Shown here piece after piece: positions 38,553-49,451 of a DNA stretch of 64,000 bases (the stretch's first letter is position 1; each line of letters opens with the position of its first letter). The position numbers were made by a program, and so were the translations under genes. The notes below the pieces were generated by a model, which was given only the letters and a program-made list of their open reading frames with translations, did not search any database and was not told the origin of the DNA. This DNA is from Eledone cirrhosa (Eukaryota), in the NCBI GenBank assembly GCA_964016885.1, contig OZ024746.1, positions 67,952,001 to 68,016,000 on the forward strand. Reading direction: 5' to 3'.

Positions 38553-38972
38553 AGGGCGATGGATTGGTAGTATCGTTAGAGGGTCGGACGCCATGCTTTG
38601 CAGCATAGAGTTACGCCCTTTTATGATCTGAGTTCAAAAGCCGCCGAGGTTAAATTTGCCTTTCATCCTTACGGAGTTGATAAAATAAAGTACCAGTCAC
38701 ACGCTGGAGACGATTTAATAGACTTTCCCCCCCAAAAAAATAATGCTGGCCTTGTGCCTATATAAGAAACCATTAATTAGCTGGTGGTTTGGCAGTATTG
38801 GTAGTGCATCAGACGCCATGCTTTGAAGCATAGAGTTATGGCCCTTTACATTCTGAGTTCAAATCACGCTGAGGTTAGCTTTGCCTTTCATCCTTACGGG
38901 GTCAATAAAATAAAGCACCAGTAATGTACTGGGATAATTGCTGGCTTTGAGCCAAAAGTAGAAACAATTAAT
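38553..38972 (+). mobile_element. Two head-to-tail SINE family 1 copies nested in a piggyBac-like MITE
   Basis: Family-1 sequence occurs twice. MITE ends cccttttg (~38430) and aaagggttaa (~39083) surround them. Confidence 0.85.
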
Positions 38973-39341
38973 TAAATCATAACAGATTTTAACTTAAATA
39001 TGAATACATTAAATACATTAAAATGAGAGGTTTTAAAATAAACTCAGGGATAATCTCAGGCAGGTTGGTATGAAAAGGGTTAAAATAACTAGCGTACCAC
39101 TAAAATACTATAATTGTTTCTACTTTTGGCACAAGGCCAGCAATTAAAATACTATAATGTACTGTGATTCAATCAACTATATACTCTGTCACCTCAATAA
39201 AAAAAATGTATTTATTGCACAGTGATACACAACATTAACGAAAGGAGATTGTGAGGATTGAAGTTTGTTCACTTCGAATCTTTCAGATAACCAGATTTGG
39301 AAAATTAGATTGTGAAACTATAGTTGTTATTTAGCTTTAGA

Positions 39342-39527
39342 AGGGCAGTGGATTGGCAGTATCGGTAGAGGGTCAGACACCATGCTTTCCAGCATAGTTA
39401 CGTCCCTTTACGATCTGAGTTCAAATCCCGCCGAGGTTGATTTTGCCTTTCATCCTTACGGGGTCGATAAAATAAAGTACCAGTAATGCACTGGGTAATT
39501 GCTGGCCTTGTGCCTAAAGTAGAAACA
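39342..39527 (+). mobile_element. Young full-length SINE family 1 copy with 16-bp TSD
   Basis: TSD GTTATTTAGCTTTAGA at 39326-39341 and 39528-39543. Intact A and B boxes. Confidence 0.93.
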
Positions 39528-40032
39528 GTTATTTAGCTTTAGATTATATCAAGGGCATACCAGCTTTTGTTAGCCTGTCCATTTGGGGTATCTAGAATTA
39601 CATTATCTAATGGGTCCTTTGAATTTTAAGATAACAGTGTAGTATTTAAAGGGGATTTATTTCTTATTTCTAGCATGCTGATCAACTACATATAATCTCC
39701 TTTATTGTTTTGATGAAAAATGATGATGATATATCAAAAGGATTAAATAACTCAGCTTAAGAGTTTGTGAATATCAGCTATGTTGGACTCACCAGTTTCA
39801 GAAGAACTGCAAACTGCATGGAAACATTTTTCTTCTTCCAGAGCAAATCAGAAAAAAAAGGTGGTGGTCTTACTTAGGGGTACAACACAGTGACAGGTGG
39901 CTGAAGTAAGGCTTGAACAAGACATTGGGGTTAACACTAAAAATAACTTTAACCTCAAAACTATTAGTAACCATTATACTTATTCAAATGTTCTCTTATT
40001 TTATGCAAGTGGGTATATTTGTATTTATATAT

Positions 40033-40808
40033 TACGAACAGCAATGCTGCATGGCAGTGAGACCTGGGCATTGTGTGCAGAGGATATCCGCTGGATGTGT
40101 AACAGTAATATACGTGAACGGCAAAGCATAAACGAACTAAGGAAAAAATTAGAGATAAGAGGGATCAGATGTTGTTTACTCGAGAGAAGGCTACGTTGGT
40201 ATGGACACGTGATGCGCATGAAAGTCGATAGCTGTATAACAAAGTGCAGGGCAATAAAGATAGACGGTAGTCACGGAATAGGCAGACCTAGAAAAACCTG
40301 GGACGAGCTGATAAACTCCGACATCACACACTTACACCTCTCCAAGACAATGTCACTGGACCGAGACCTTTGGCGGTACTCAGTAACAGAGAAGACCCGC
40401 CTTACCTAAATATATAGTAAAACCTACTCCAGCCAGTAGGCATCTCTAACAAAATACACCCCGCCCCACCACCACCACCCCCACCCGATCCACACCACCC
40501 CGTTCTATGTAAAGTTATGTTGGTGCCGCGCCATCGAGGCCGAAACAAATGAGATCGTGTAGGTGTCACGACAAAAAAACACACAGTCCACGCTGTAATG
40601 TGGCCGTGTAGGCAACACGGTAAAAACCTCCCAGACCCACACTGTAAATGTGGTTGGTGTTAGGAAGGGCATCCAACTGTAGAAAACCTGCCAGACAGTC
40701 CTATGCGAGCAAGACAATCACTCTTGCCTCAAGTGGGACTACCCCCGTCCAAACCCATGCAAGCGTGGAACACGGACGTTAAACGTTGATGATGATGATG
40801 ATGATGAT
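40033..40808 (+). mobile_element. RTE subfamily B 3' fragment with internal deletion
   Basis: RTAMLHGSETWALCAEDIR/WMCNSN...KTRLT*, then 3' UTR and (GAT)n. Lacks the RRLERNEACML segment present in the 34-kb copy. Confidence 0.93.
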
Positions 40809-41654
40809 ATTGCCTGCTGCTCTAGATAGCAAATTCACAAGTGAATTTCTATTGGGCTAAAAATGTTACTTCTCAATTTCCATGCATCTCCTTTTTCCAA
40901 AATTATATATTTATTTTATTTTTACTTTTTGGCATGTTTGGTGCATGTGTTAATTTGCAGCATTTTCCCAATTAATTTTCTAATTTTGATAAAATGGGAT
41001 TTATTTCTGAAATTTACCAAAATACCCAATATTTCTTCTTTTAAATTTAATAATTTATTTTTTGTTTCTTATTGAAAAATAAATGTTAAGAATTTTCAAG
41101 AGGTTTTACATGATTTTTGAAAATATTAACTAATTTCTCATAAAACAAACACACATAAATATTTTTCTTTTCAAAAATATATATAAGGTAAAAGGGAGAA
41201 AATATATATTCAAATATAAATCCTGAGTGAAAGAAAGCTTTAAATAGAAAAACAATTTTTAAATTGTTGTTTCTTGAAAAAGTACAATAATTGAGTAAGG
41301 CAAAAATATTCTGCGTTTTTGACAGAAAATTGAAATGTAATGAAGTAGCATAATTTATTTAAATGCTGGGGGTTACAAACCTCAATTTAGCTGTATTTTA
41401 TATTCACCTGCTCTATCAATATCTCTAATTAGCAACAGCTATAGCTGTATAGTTAAGAAGTTCATTTCACAAATATGTGGTTTCAGGTTTGATAGCACAG
41501 GTGACCAAAACCTTGTGAGTGAAATTTGGTAGAGAAATCATGTGGAAGTCTATCAGGAGGTAGACATCATCCATTACCCAGGATAACACTATAACCTGAA
41601 GGGAAGCAATGCAGCATCAACTCCAGAATGCTTTGAACTCATTTCAAAATAGAC

Positions 41655-41850
41655 TTTTGGCAGTATTGGTAGTGTATCAGACAACATGCTTTGTGGCATA
41701 TAGTTATGGCCCTGAGTTCAAATACCACCGGGGTTAGCTTTGCCTTTCATCCTTAAAATAAAGAACCAGTAATGCACTGGGGTCGATTTAATCGATTTTC
41801 CCCTCTCCTTCAAATTGCAGGCCTTGTGCCAAAAGTAGAAACAATTATTA
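41655..41850 (+). mobile_element. SINE family 1 copy
   Basis: ggcagtattggtag...gagttcaaat...gcctttcatcc...gtagaaacaattat. Confidence 0.8.
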
Positions 41851-44639
41851 TTTAGAAATCCTATTTTCCTTGCAACAAACACAACCATAGCACCAATAAA
41901 TTTATTTGTATCAGATAAATTTTCCATACTAATATCTTTCAGTACCTTTTTGTCCTTTCATTCAGAGATGTTCTATCAGTCTTAAACATTTTGAAGCTGG
42001 TGGAGCCCATCTCCTCTCTAGATCTGAACACAGGTAATTTCTTACATGGAAGGAGAGAGAGTGACAGAGAGGAAGTAAGAAAGAGATGTAGTGGCAGGAT
42101 CGACCCCAGTACATGACTAATACTTTTCTTTGAAATCAGAGCACAAAGAGCTGGAACAAATACTGCAATGTATTTTATCTGACATTCTAATGACTCTGCT
42201 TGACAAAAAATTGGACACCAAAACCCTTGAAGATGGTGTCTCAGCATGACCACAGACCAATTAATGAAATCAGGAAAAGTGAATAATACTTCCAAACTTT
42301 AAACAGTTTATCATCATCTTTATCATCATCATCACGATCATAGTCTTCATTATCACTGTTATCACCACCACCATCATCATCATCATTAACAAAAAGAAAT
42401 TTATTTCCTATTAATGTTGATGCCAACGATGATAATAAAAGTAAAATTTCTCAAATCTTATAGCTTGGTTACCCTTTAAATTTTAGCAATGGTACAATTC
42501 AGATAATGTTTTGGAATCCAATCATACGATGCTAGCTGTATCATCTATTTTGCCTGTTTATTTCAGATGTTTTAATCTCTCATGGTAAATATAGATGTCC
42601 CAGAAAATCAATTTAGATATCAGTTCAGTTCTATCAGTAGATTAATTAACTTGCACAAAATATGGCCCCAGTTTTAAATAATTACAGTCAAGATGGAACC
42701 AAATATTAGCTAGTCAGCCGTAATGTTTGTATGTCTGTCTATACTTTAGTTATTTAGTAGATTATTTTCACTATTTACCAAATACTCCAGATGAAGTCAG
42801 TACTTACTACTTACACCTAAATCCAATTATCTAATGTAGTATCATATAATTATTTACATTTCATTAAATCTAACCAACATATAAATTGAAATCTAAGCAA
42901 TTTATTCATACTTCAGATCTATTATTTATTAATGGAACAAATGTATAATACTTTCCAGAAACTAAGGAAACAACTGTATGATATTGAATATTGTCCTGTG
43001 TTAATGTCAAATAATTATTTAATTAGTTTTATTTAATTACCAATGTTATTTCCAACTGTTTTTCAAGTATTTGAAATATTTATTTTTAAAAATAATTTAA
43101 ACATAATTAATATGTCTAATGTTTACTGTTCAGGAAAGAATTAAGAATATCAATTTGATTTATAAAGATATACTGGAGTAAGAAGTGATATGTGATTGCT
43201 CTAAACAATTAAACTATTTGTATATAAATAGGGAGACACAAAGCAAGCATTGTTTAGAAATGGCTAGCAAATTTGAAAATTAGGTAGTAACATATGCATA
43301 CACCATATTTAATTAAATAGAATTAGTCTGTTAGTTGGGATTTTTAAAAAACCCTGAATTTAAAAAAAGGACGAGTATTGAGGCACATGGGACATGAACC
43401 CACATCTTTGGCTTGCCAGACCAATGTGTTCTATAATAACATAGAATTTATCATAAAGTATTTGAAGTATTTAAAAAAATCTTATATTTTCTATTTTGTA
43501 TTATAATATATATATATTGGTGGTGATACCGCATAATTTGTGGTAACTTAGAAATTTACAATATCTTTGAAATATACAAGAGTTAAGAAAATATAAGCAA
43601 ATATTTTATATGAGCATGTTTTTATTTAGCCTTTCACAAACATTATATATTTCAATGTTTTCCTGGGTTCCTAAAATTTCAGTAACAAAAGTTTCATTTA
43701 TAAATAATTATTAAATATATTTTATTCTTTGAAATTGCGAGAGTTTCAAATGCAGAATTTAATTGTACTAACAGTTGATCAGTATGAATAATATTTGAGA
43801 AAATTGGATAAAAAATGCTCAGAGATGGATAATAGTTGAGAGAATTGGATAAATTATTCTCAGAGATGGAGAAAGGTAGACATTTCAAATACTTCCAGCA
43901 CTTTGAAAATTCATAATGTATATTTTATTCTTTTACATCTTACACTCACGGTCCTTCTTTCTCCTTTTTCAAACTCTTGACCATCAATACTTGCCTTCTA
44001 TTCACTTTTTTGGTCTCATTTTCCAGGAATAATTAACAAGGGATAAGGCAAGCTCTCTAGGGTTGGTCCACCCAGTACATACAGTAAAGTGGTTGGCAAT
44101 TGAACAAAAATAACATCAGGTATAACAGACTCTTTAATCATGTTGAGAATATCACATTCTCTTTTGTGCTGGTGCCACAATAAAATATAATTTGTTCTCT
44201 CTGTGATTTGATGTTAGGAAGAGCAGTCAGACATATATGCCATTTTTTGCATGGCTGCTTATAAGTTAGACGTAGTTCTCTGTCTCGTTAGGAGGTTAGC
44301 AACCTTCAATAAAAACTTACTCAGGCCATAATGACCCATTAAACACATGCCAACATGGAAAATAGAAGTAAAATTATGATAATGATGATATGGTAATTCC
44401 TCAGGTTAAAACTTTCCCTCAGTTACTTTGGCATGTGCTTATTCTCTACCAAATACTTTGTCATAAAATGAATATATCTGGTTCTTTTTTTTTTTTTTTC
44501 TACTTTTAGATTTTAATATAGATCTAATATTTGATAAGATGAATTACATCGAAACTGGTAATAATTTTATATATTTTACAAAAACCCTTGTTGCTTTTCC
44601 AAAAAATGATTTCTCCTTTTTTCAAAAATAACAGTTTAT

Positions 44640-44963
44640 AAGAAAAAATAAATAAAAAGGAAAGAAAGAATAGAGGAAAAAAAAAGAGAAAGAAAGAAGA
44701 AAAAGAACAGGAAGGGGAGGGGATGGCAAGAGCTCTGGTGTCACAGAAGAGAGAGGAGGGTGAAGGGGAGGGTGATTGGGCTTTGGAGCTAGGGCAAGAG
44801 GGCAGAAGTGCTGCACCCTACAGACAAGACGGCAAAAGCATTCCCCTGGATGATGGCCAGTGACACCCGCTGCAACAGCCACCCAACTTCATGGGGCTCC
44901 CGTCCTCAGATGGGCCACCGATGCTCTGATCTTGCGGAGGAGCTCGGCAGTATGAGAAGCCAA
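44640..44963 (-). mobile_element. 3' end of CRE-like non-LTR retrotransposon (second copy)
   Basis: Minus strand reads LASHTAELLRKIRASVAHLR/EPHEVGWLLQRVSLAIIQGNAFAVL with one frameshift. Homologous to 25860-26080. Confidence 0.65.
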
Positions 44964-46808
44964 CATTATAAATATTGGGCTTTTTTGTATCGCATCATCA
45001 TTTTTACATCTATTTTTACCATGTAGGTATGGACTGGATAAGACATTTTCGGGAACAATACACTATGACCAGAAGCCATAGTTGATGTCAACCCTGAATT
45101 AGTTTTTAAAGTCAATTATCCCAAATTTCTAAGCTTTAGGATATTGTTTATGCAGGAGATAAACAAACATTACTGGTTGTCCATGGAATGTTAGTGTAAA
45201 GCAAAGATTTACATGTAGGTAAACACAAATGTGTGATCACACCCACATATATATATATATGGGTTTCAGCCCAGTTTCTACCAATTTCACTATTTCACTC
45301 AAAAGGCATTGGCCAGCCCAAAGCTATAGGGGAAGATACTTGCCCAAGGTGCCATGCAGTGGGATCATACATGAAACTATGTGGTTACAAATAGAACTTC
45401 TTAACCATACAGCCAAGTTTGTCCCTATATACATTTATATATAGAAATAGCAATAATTGGAAATCTTTAAGAGGAAGTATAATTCCTTCATGAGGAAAAT
45501 GTACGTGACTAACAACCATTTACTGTAATGAAGATAATTTAATATATCCTAAAACTTCATGCTGTGTTTGAATTTTGTATAGATACTTTAAATTTAAAGA
45601 TGATTTAGTTGAAGAAAAGATTTTAGCTGCTACTGCTGTTTGCTCCAGATCAGTCTTGGTTAAACCAATTTATGATCAAAGATATTACAATTGTGACCAT
45701 CACATTTTATTGTTCATACATATTATATCTAAGAATAGGTGGCAGAGTGGCAGAGTCATTAAAATTTGGATAGAATGCTTTAAGGTTTCAGCTCTCTGCT
45801 TTTCATTCATTTGAGGTTGATAAAAAAGTAACAGTCTTGGGGTGATCATACCACTATATCTCTTTCTAACTTCCTCTCTCTTCTGTCTGAAAGAAACTGT
45901 TCAGACCTGGAGTGAGGATAGGCTCTATCAGGTTTAAAATGTCACAATGGCATCCTCTACAAGTTCATCAGGAGTTATGGATCATAATATACATATATAC
46001 CTAGGACTACATTATTTAGTAAGTGTTTTCTTGTTTAAGATGGCAGTATTTGAATTGAGGGTTATTTGGTTGCTATCTCTAGATATTCATGTAACAACAA
46101 AGGTGTAGTATCATTATGTGATTTTCGTCTGTTGTGACAGAGCTAGTTACATGCAGCAGTGAACCTTGCAAATTTGAATGGGATATGTTAATGCATCTCC
46201 CTTGCTATCTCTAGGGTAACATTTTTTCTATTCTGTCCACTATGACCCTGTGGTTCTTCACAAGAGGCAGAGAAAGTGGCTGGCTTCAGTATCATTATCT
46301 TCATTTCTTTCTCTAGGACTTCTGATATTTTCTTTGAAAGCAATGTTTTTGTATTAGCTCCTAAAATACTACTGTGGGCCCCTTTGCCATCAGGCAAGCT
46401 GACGACATGACCAGTCTGCCACTGCACCTGTAAGTTTACCTTGCATTACTACTTATTCAAATGCCACATTTTCTTTCTATTAAAGAATTCATACTGTCCT
46501 TCATTTAACCCTTTCATTTACACTTTTCTAATGAAAGCTACTGTCTATGATTTTCAAATAATTTTGAAGGATATTCAAGAATTTGGAGGGATTTGGTAAT
46601 ATGACTAACTTTCTCATTATTACACTTGTTTTTGGAACATAAAGATTCTTACAGAAAATATAGATGCTTTAAAATAAACAGCTTTGTGTCATAGATTGAG
46701 AGGCAGTTTCAGGCAGTTTTTAGTATCAAAATAATTAAAAAGATGTTCTCTATTTGAATAGTCTCTTTAACTATCTCTGAATATATGATTATTTATGGTT
46801 GAAAGATT

Positions 46809-47172
46809 ATCATCATCATCATCATTTTACGTCCACTTTTCCCTGCTTGCAAGGGTGGGATGGGTCCTATTCAGCACAGCATCTCTCCACTTGTCACGGT
46901 CCTTTGTCATCTCCACCGTGAGCTTCAGCGATCTGAGGTCTGCTCTCACCACCTCTGCCCATGTTTTTCATGGTCTTCCTTTACTACGTCTTCCTTCAAC
47001 TGGCATTTCTTGGTACTTCTTCACCCATCGGTCATCCTCCATGCACATCACTTGTCCATACCATCGCAGTCTCCTCTCCCGCACACAACAATTTATCCCT
47101 CTCAGACAGTTTCTCTCTCAACACATCCATGCTCGGCCGTTCACGCACATTGACATTGCACATCCAACGGAT
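46809..47172 (-). mobile_element. RTE subfamily C 3' fragment
   Basis: [13 protein letters not shown]... and a (CAT)n tail. Homologous to 18503-18860. Confidence 0.88.
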
Positions 47173-47533
47173 ATAAGAAATTTGAAAATGTAATAAATAA
47201 TTTTCTATTTTTATTTCTCGGGACATTTGGCAATTTAGATTTAGCAGGAATCTCTTTACATAAATTTATGTTATTAAGATGTAGGGATTTAAGAGATAAC
47301 AGTATTTCTTCATATTTAGCAAGAAGTTTAACATCACCATCTGGCCTTTGGTTATCTTTAACAAACTCGATTATGTTGAGAGATAGAAGTAATAGGATAG
47401 ATGAGAGTAAGAAAAGGAAGAAATGGTATCTAAGATATATATGGATGGAATTAATAGATTAGGTACTAAAACAAACACACATATTTCAGTTAGGATAATA
47501 TCTTCAAAAATATTTATGTATTTTTATACTTAC

Positions 47534-47585
47534 ATTTTCTACATAAGGCTGACATACTGTCAAATTAATAGTATGTTCCGATGAC
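47534..47585 (-). CDS. FRMPD4: FRMPD4-like small coding exon (end of PDZ): (R)SSEHTINLTVCQPYVEN
   Basis: 52-bp exon, phase 2/0. Acceptor ttttgtatacttttag| and donor |gtaagt. Phases join exactly to both neighbouring exons. LTVCQPY corresponds to LTVIQPY of FRMPD4. Confidence 0.9.
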
Positions 47586-48674
47586 CTAAAAGTATACAAA
47601 ATGAATAGATTAGTATATATATACATATATATATATATGAGCTGATGATCTGTATAGGGATTGTCTTGAAACATCAGAAGCCTTCTCTACCTATATCATA
47701 TGAACTTATCCAAACTCACGAACTTCACTGATAATTTTTTCTGACACAAATTACCATTCATTTCCTAGGACTATGTATTATATATATATATATGTGAGTG
47801 TGTGTGTATATGTATATAGGAAAAAGTATGACCCCGACGGCAGTGCTCAAGCCATTTTGACGGCTATTTCTGGACTAAATTAGAATTTTTAGCCTGTCTC
47901 TATATATATATATAGATAGATAGAGAGAGAGGGAGGGAGAGACAAATGTATGCAGTTACATATGCATTTAGTCTTCTCTGTGTTTCTTTGGATTTATTTG
48001 TTGGCATTAGATAAACAACAAACATGAACAGTGCTGAATATAAATGAATTGCAAAATGAAGACAGGGTTCAAATTTACTTTCAATTATTGGCATGCACTG
48101 ACTTTCAGCCATTGAAGCATTTGTAATTCGGAGCCAAATCAAGATGAGTTTATAGTTAAGACAGCTAACTGAGCAGTTGGTGTTTTAAACTAAAGCACAA
48201 AGAAAGTAGTTTGTATTGTAAACAAATCAATTCTAATATTAGAACAGTTTGTGTACTGTGGAAGTCTCTGCTTAAAATGTTTAAAAGGCTCTTTTGCTAA
48301 TGAGACATTTGCTTATTCTATTTTGTGAACGTCTAACTCCATTTGAATATAACAATGTGAAATAGACAACTGTTGTAATATATAACTGAGTAAAATATTA
48401 TTGGTTTACCCTGTTTAATAGAATTCAGCTCTAATCGTAGCTTGGAAGATAGGCCATGGATTTCACAGTGCTAACTTATCCAAGACACACTGCATGATAA
48501 TAAAGTTTTCTATTATGTGCTAGTGATGTTCTGGTATCATGAAGGAAACAGGCCAGCAAGGGATGATCAGTAGCCTTACTTCAGTTCTGAATTGGTCTGT
48601 GAAGATTGATTGAAACCTTGCTACCAGAGGAAGTGGATGTTAAATAGTGATGATGATGGTATATATATATATGC

Positions 48675-48719
48675 GTGGCTTTGATAAACACCAAGCAGTG
48701 AGAAATAGCTGTCAGCCAC
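48675..48719 (+). ncRNA. Minimal type-I hammerhead, U3-A8 variant (copy 1)
   Basis: GTGGCT TTGATAA aCAC caagca GTGa GAAAT AGCT GTC AGCCAC. Stem I is 6 bp and the cleavage triplet GUC is at 48711-48713. Confidence 0.72.
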
Positions 48720-48966
48720 TCTCCCACCCTTTGCTGAAAATATAAGTAAGTGACATAGTCACTACTTTAAAACTGATAGCGAATGGTCTTCTAAATGTTT
48801 TTAATTAAACATACGGTATATTGCCAAATATACTATACATACATTCATGTATACATCGCTATTTCAGTGCACCAATACTAATACCTAATTTTTGCTGGAC
48901 CGGCAATCGCTCTGTGTAATCAGCTCCTGATTATTACTGGAATTCTATAAGAATCCAGCTTCTATA

Positions 48967-49057
48967 ATTTTTGGCAAAGCAGGTGAGTGCGTGGCTTTGA
49001 TAAACGCCAAGCAGCGAGAAACAGCTGTCAGCCTCTCTCCCAGCCTTTGCCAAAAAT
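48967..49057 (+). ncRNA. Minimal type-I hammerhead, U3-A8 variant (copy 2) with extended stem I
   Basis: GGCT TTGATAA aCGC caagca GCGa GAAAC AGCT GTC AGCC. Stem III is the palindrome ACAGCTGT, and there is a distal 13-bp helix ATTTTTGGCAAAG/CTTTGCCAAAAAT. Confidence 0.75.
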
Positions 49058-49277
49058 ATAAGTAAGTGACATAGTCACTACTTTAAAACTGATAGTGAAT
49101 GGTCTTCTAAATGTTTTTAATTAAACATACGGTATATTGCCAAATATATATATATATATATATATATGGAAAGAGATAGAGGGGGGAAGAGAGGGAGAGA
49201 GAGACACACACAGACAGAAACAGAATCTTTATAAGGGTATAATATTGTAAATAAAGAATGAAGCATATTTGAATTTA

Positions 49278-49451
<174 letters not shown>

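Larger units (their letters stand above)
48672..49148 (+). mobile_element. Retrozyme/Penelope-like partial tandem repeat (316-bp period) with two U3-A8 hammerheads
   Basis: ~160-bp direct repeat at 48672-48832 and 48988-49148, flanked by (TA)n. Each copy starts GTGGCT TTGATAA...GAAA(C/T) AGCT GTC AGCC. Confidence 0.75.

Noticed and set aside
46188-46427. Minus-strand ORF preceded by ttacag
   Set aside because: Poor polypyrimidine tract and no recognisable domain. The neighbouring exons already join in frame without it.
47642-47680. CTGATGA...GAAACATC hammerhead-like string
   Set aside because: No convincing stem I or stem II.
47900-48200. Unique-looking sequence in the short intron as an alternative first exon (MAESQCMPIIE...)
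   Set aside because: Candidate donors are weak and give phase 0 or 1, whereas the next exon needs phase 2. No homology was recognised.
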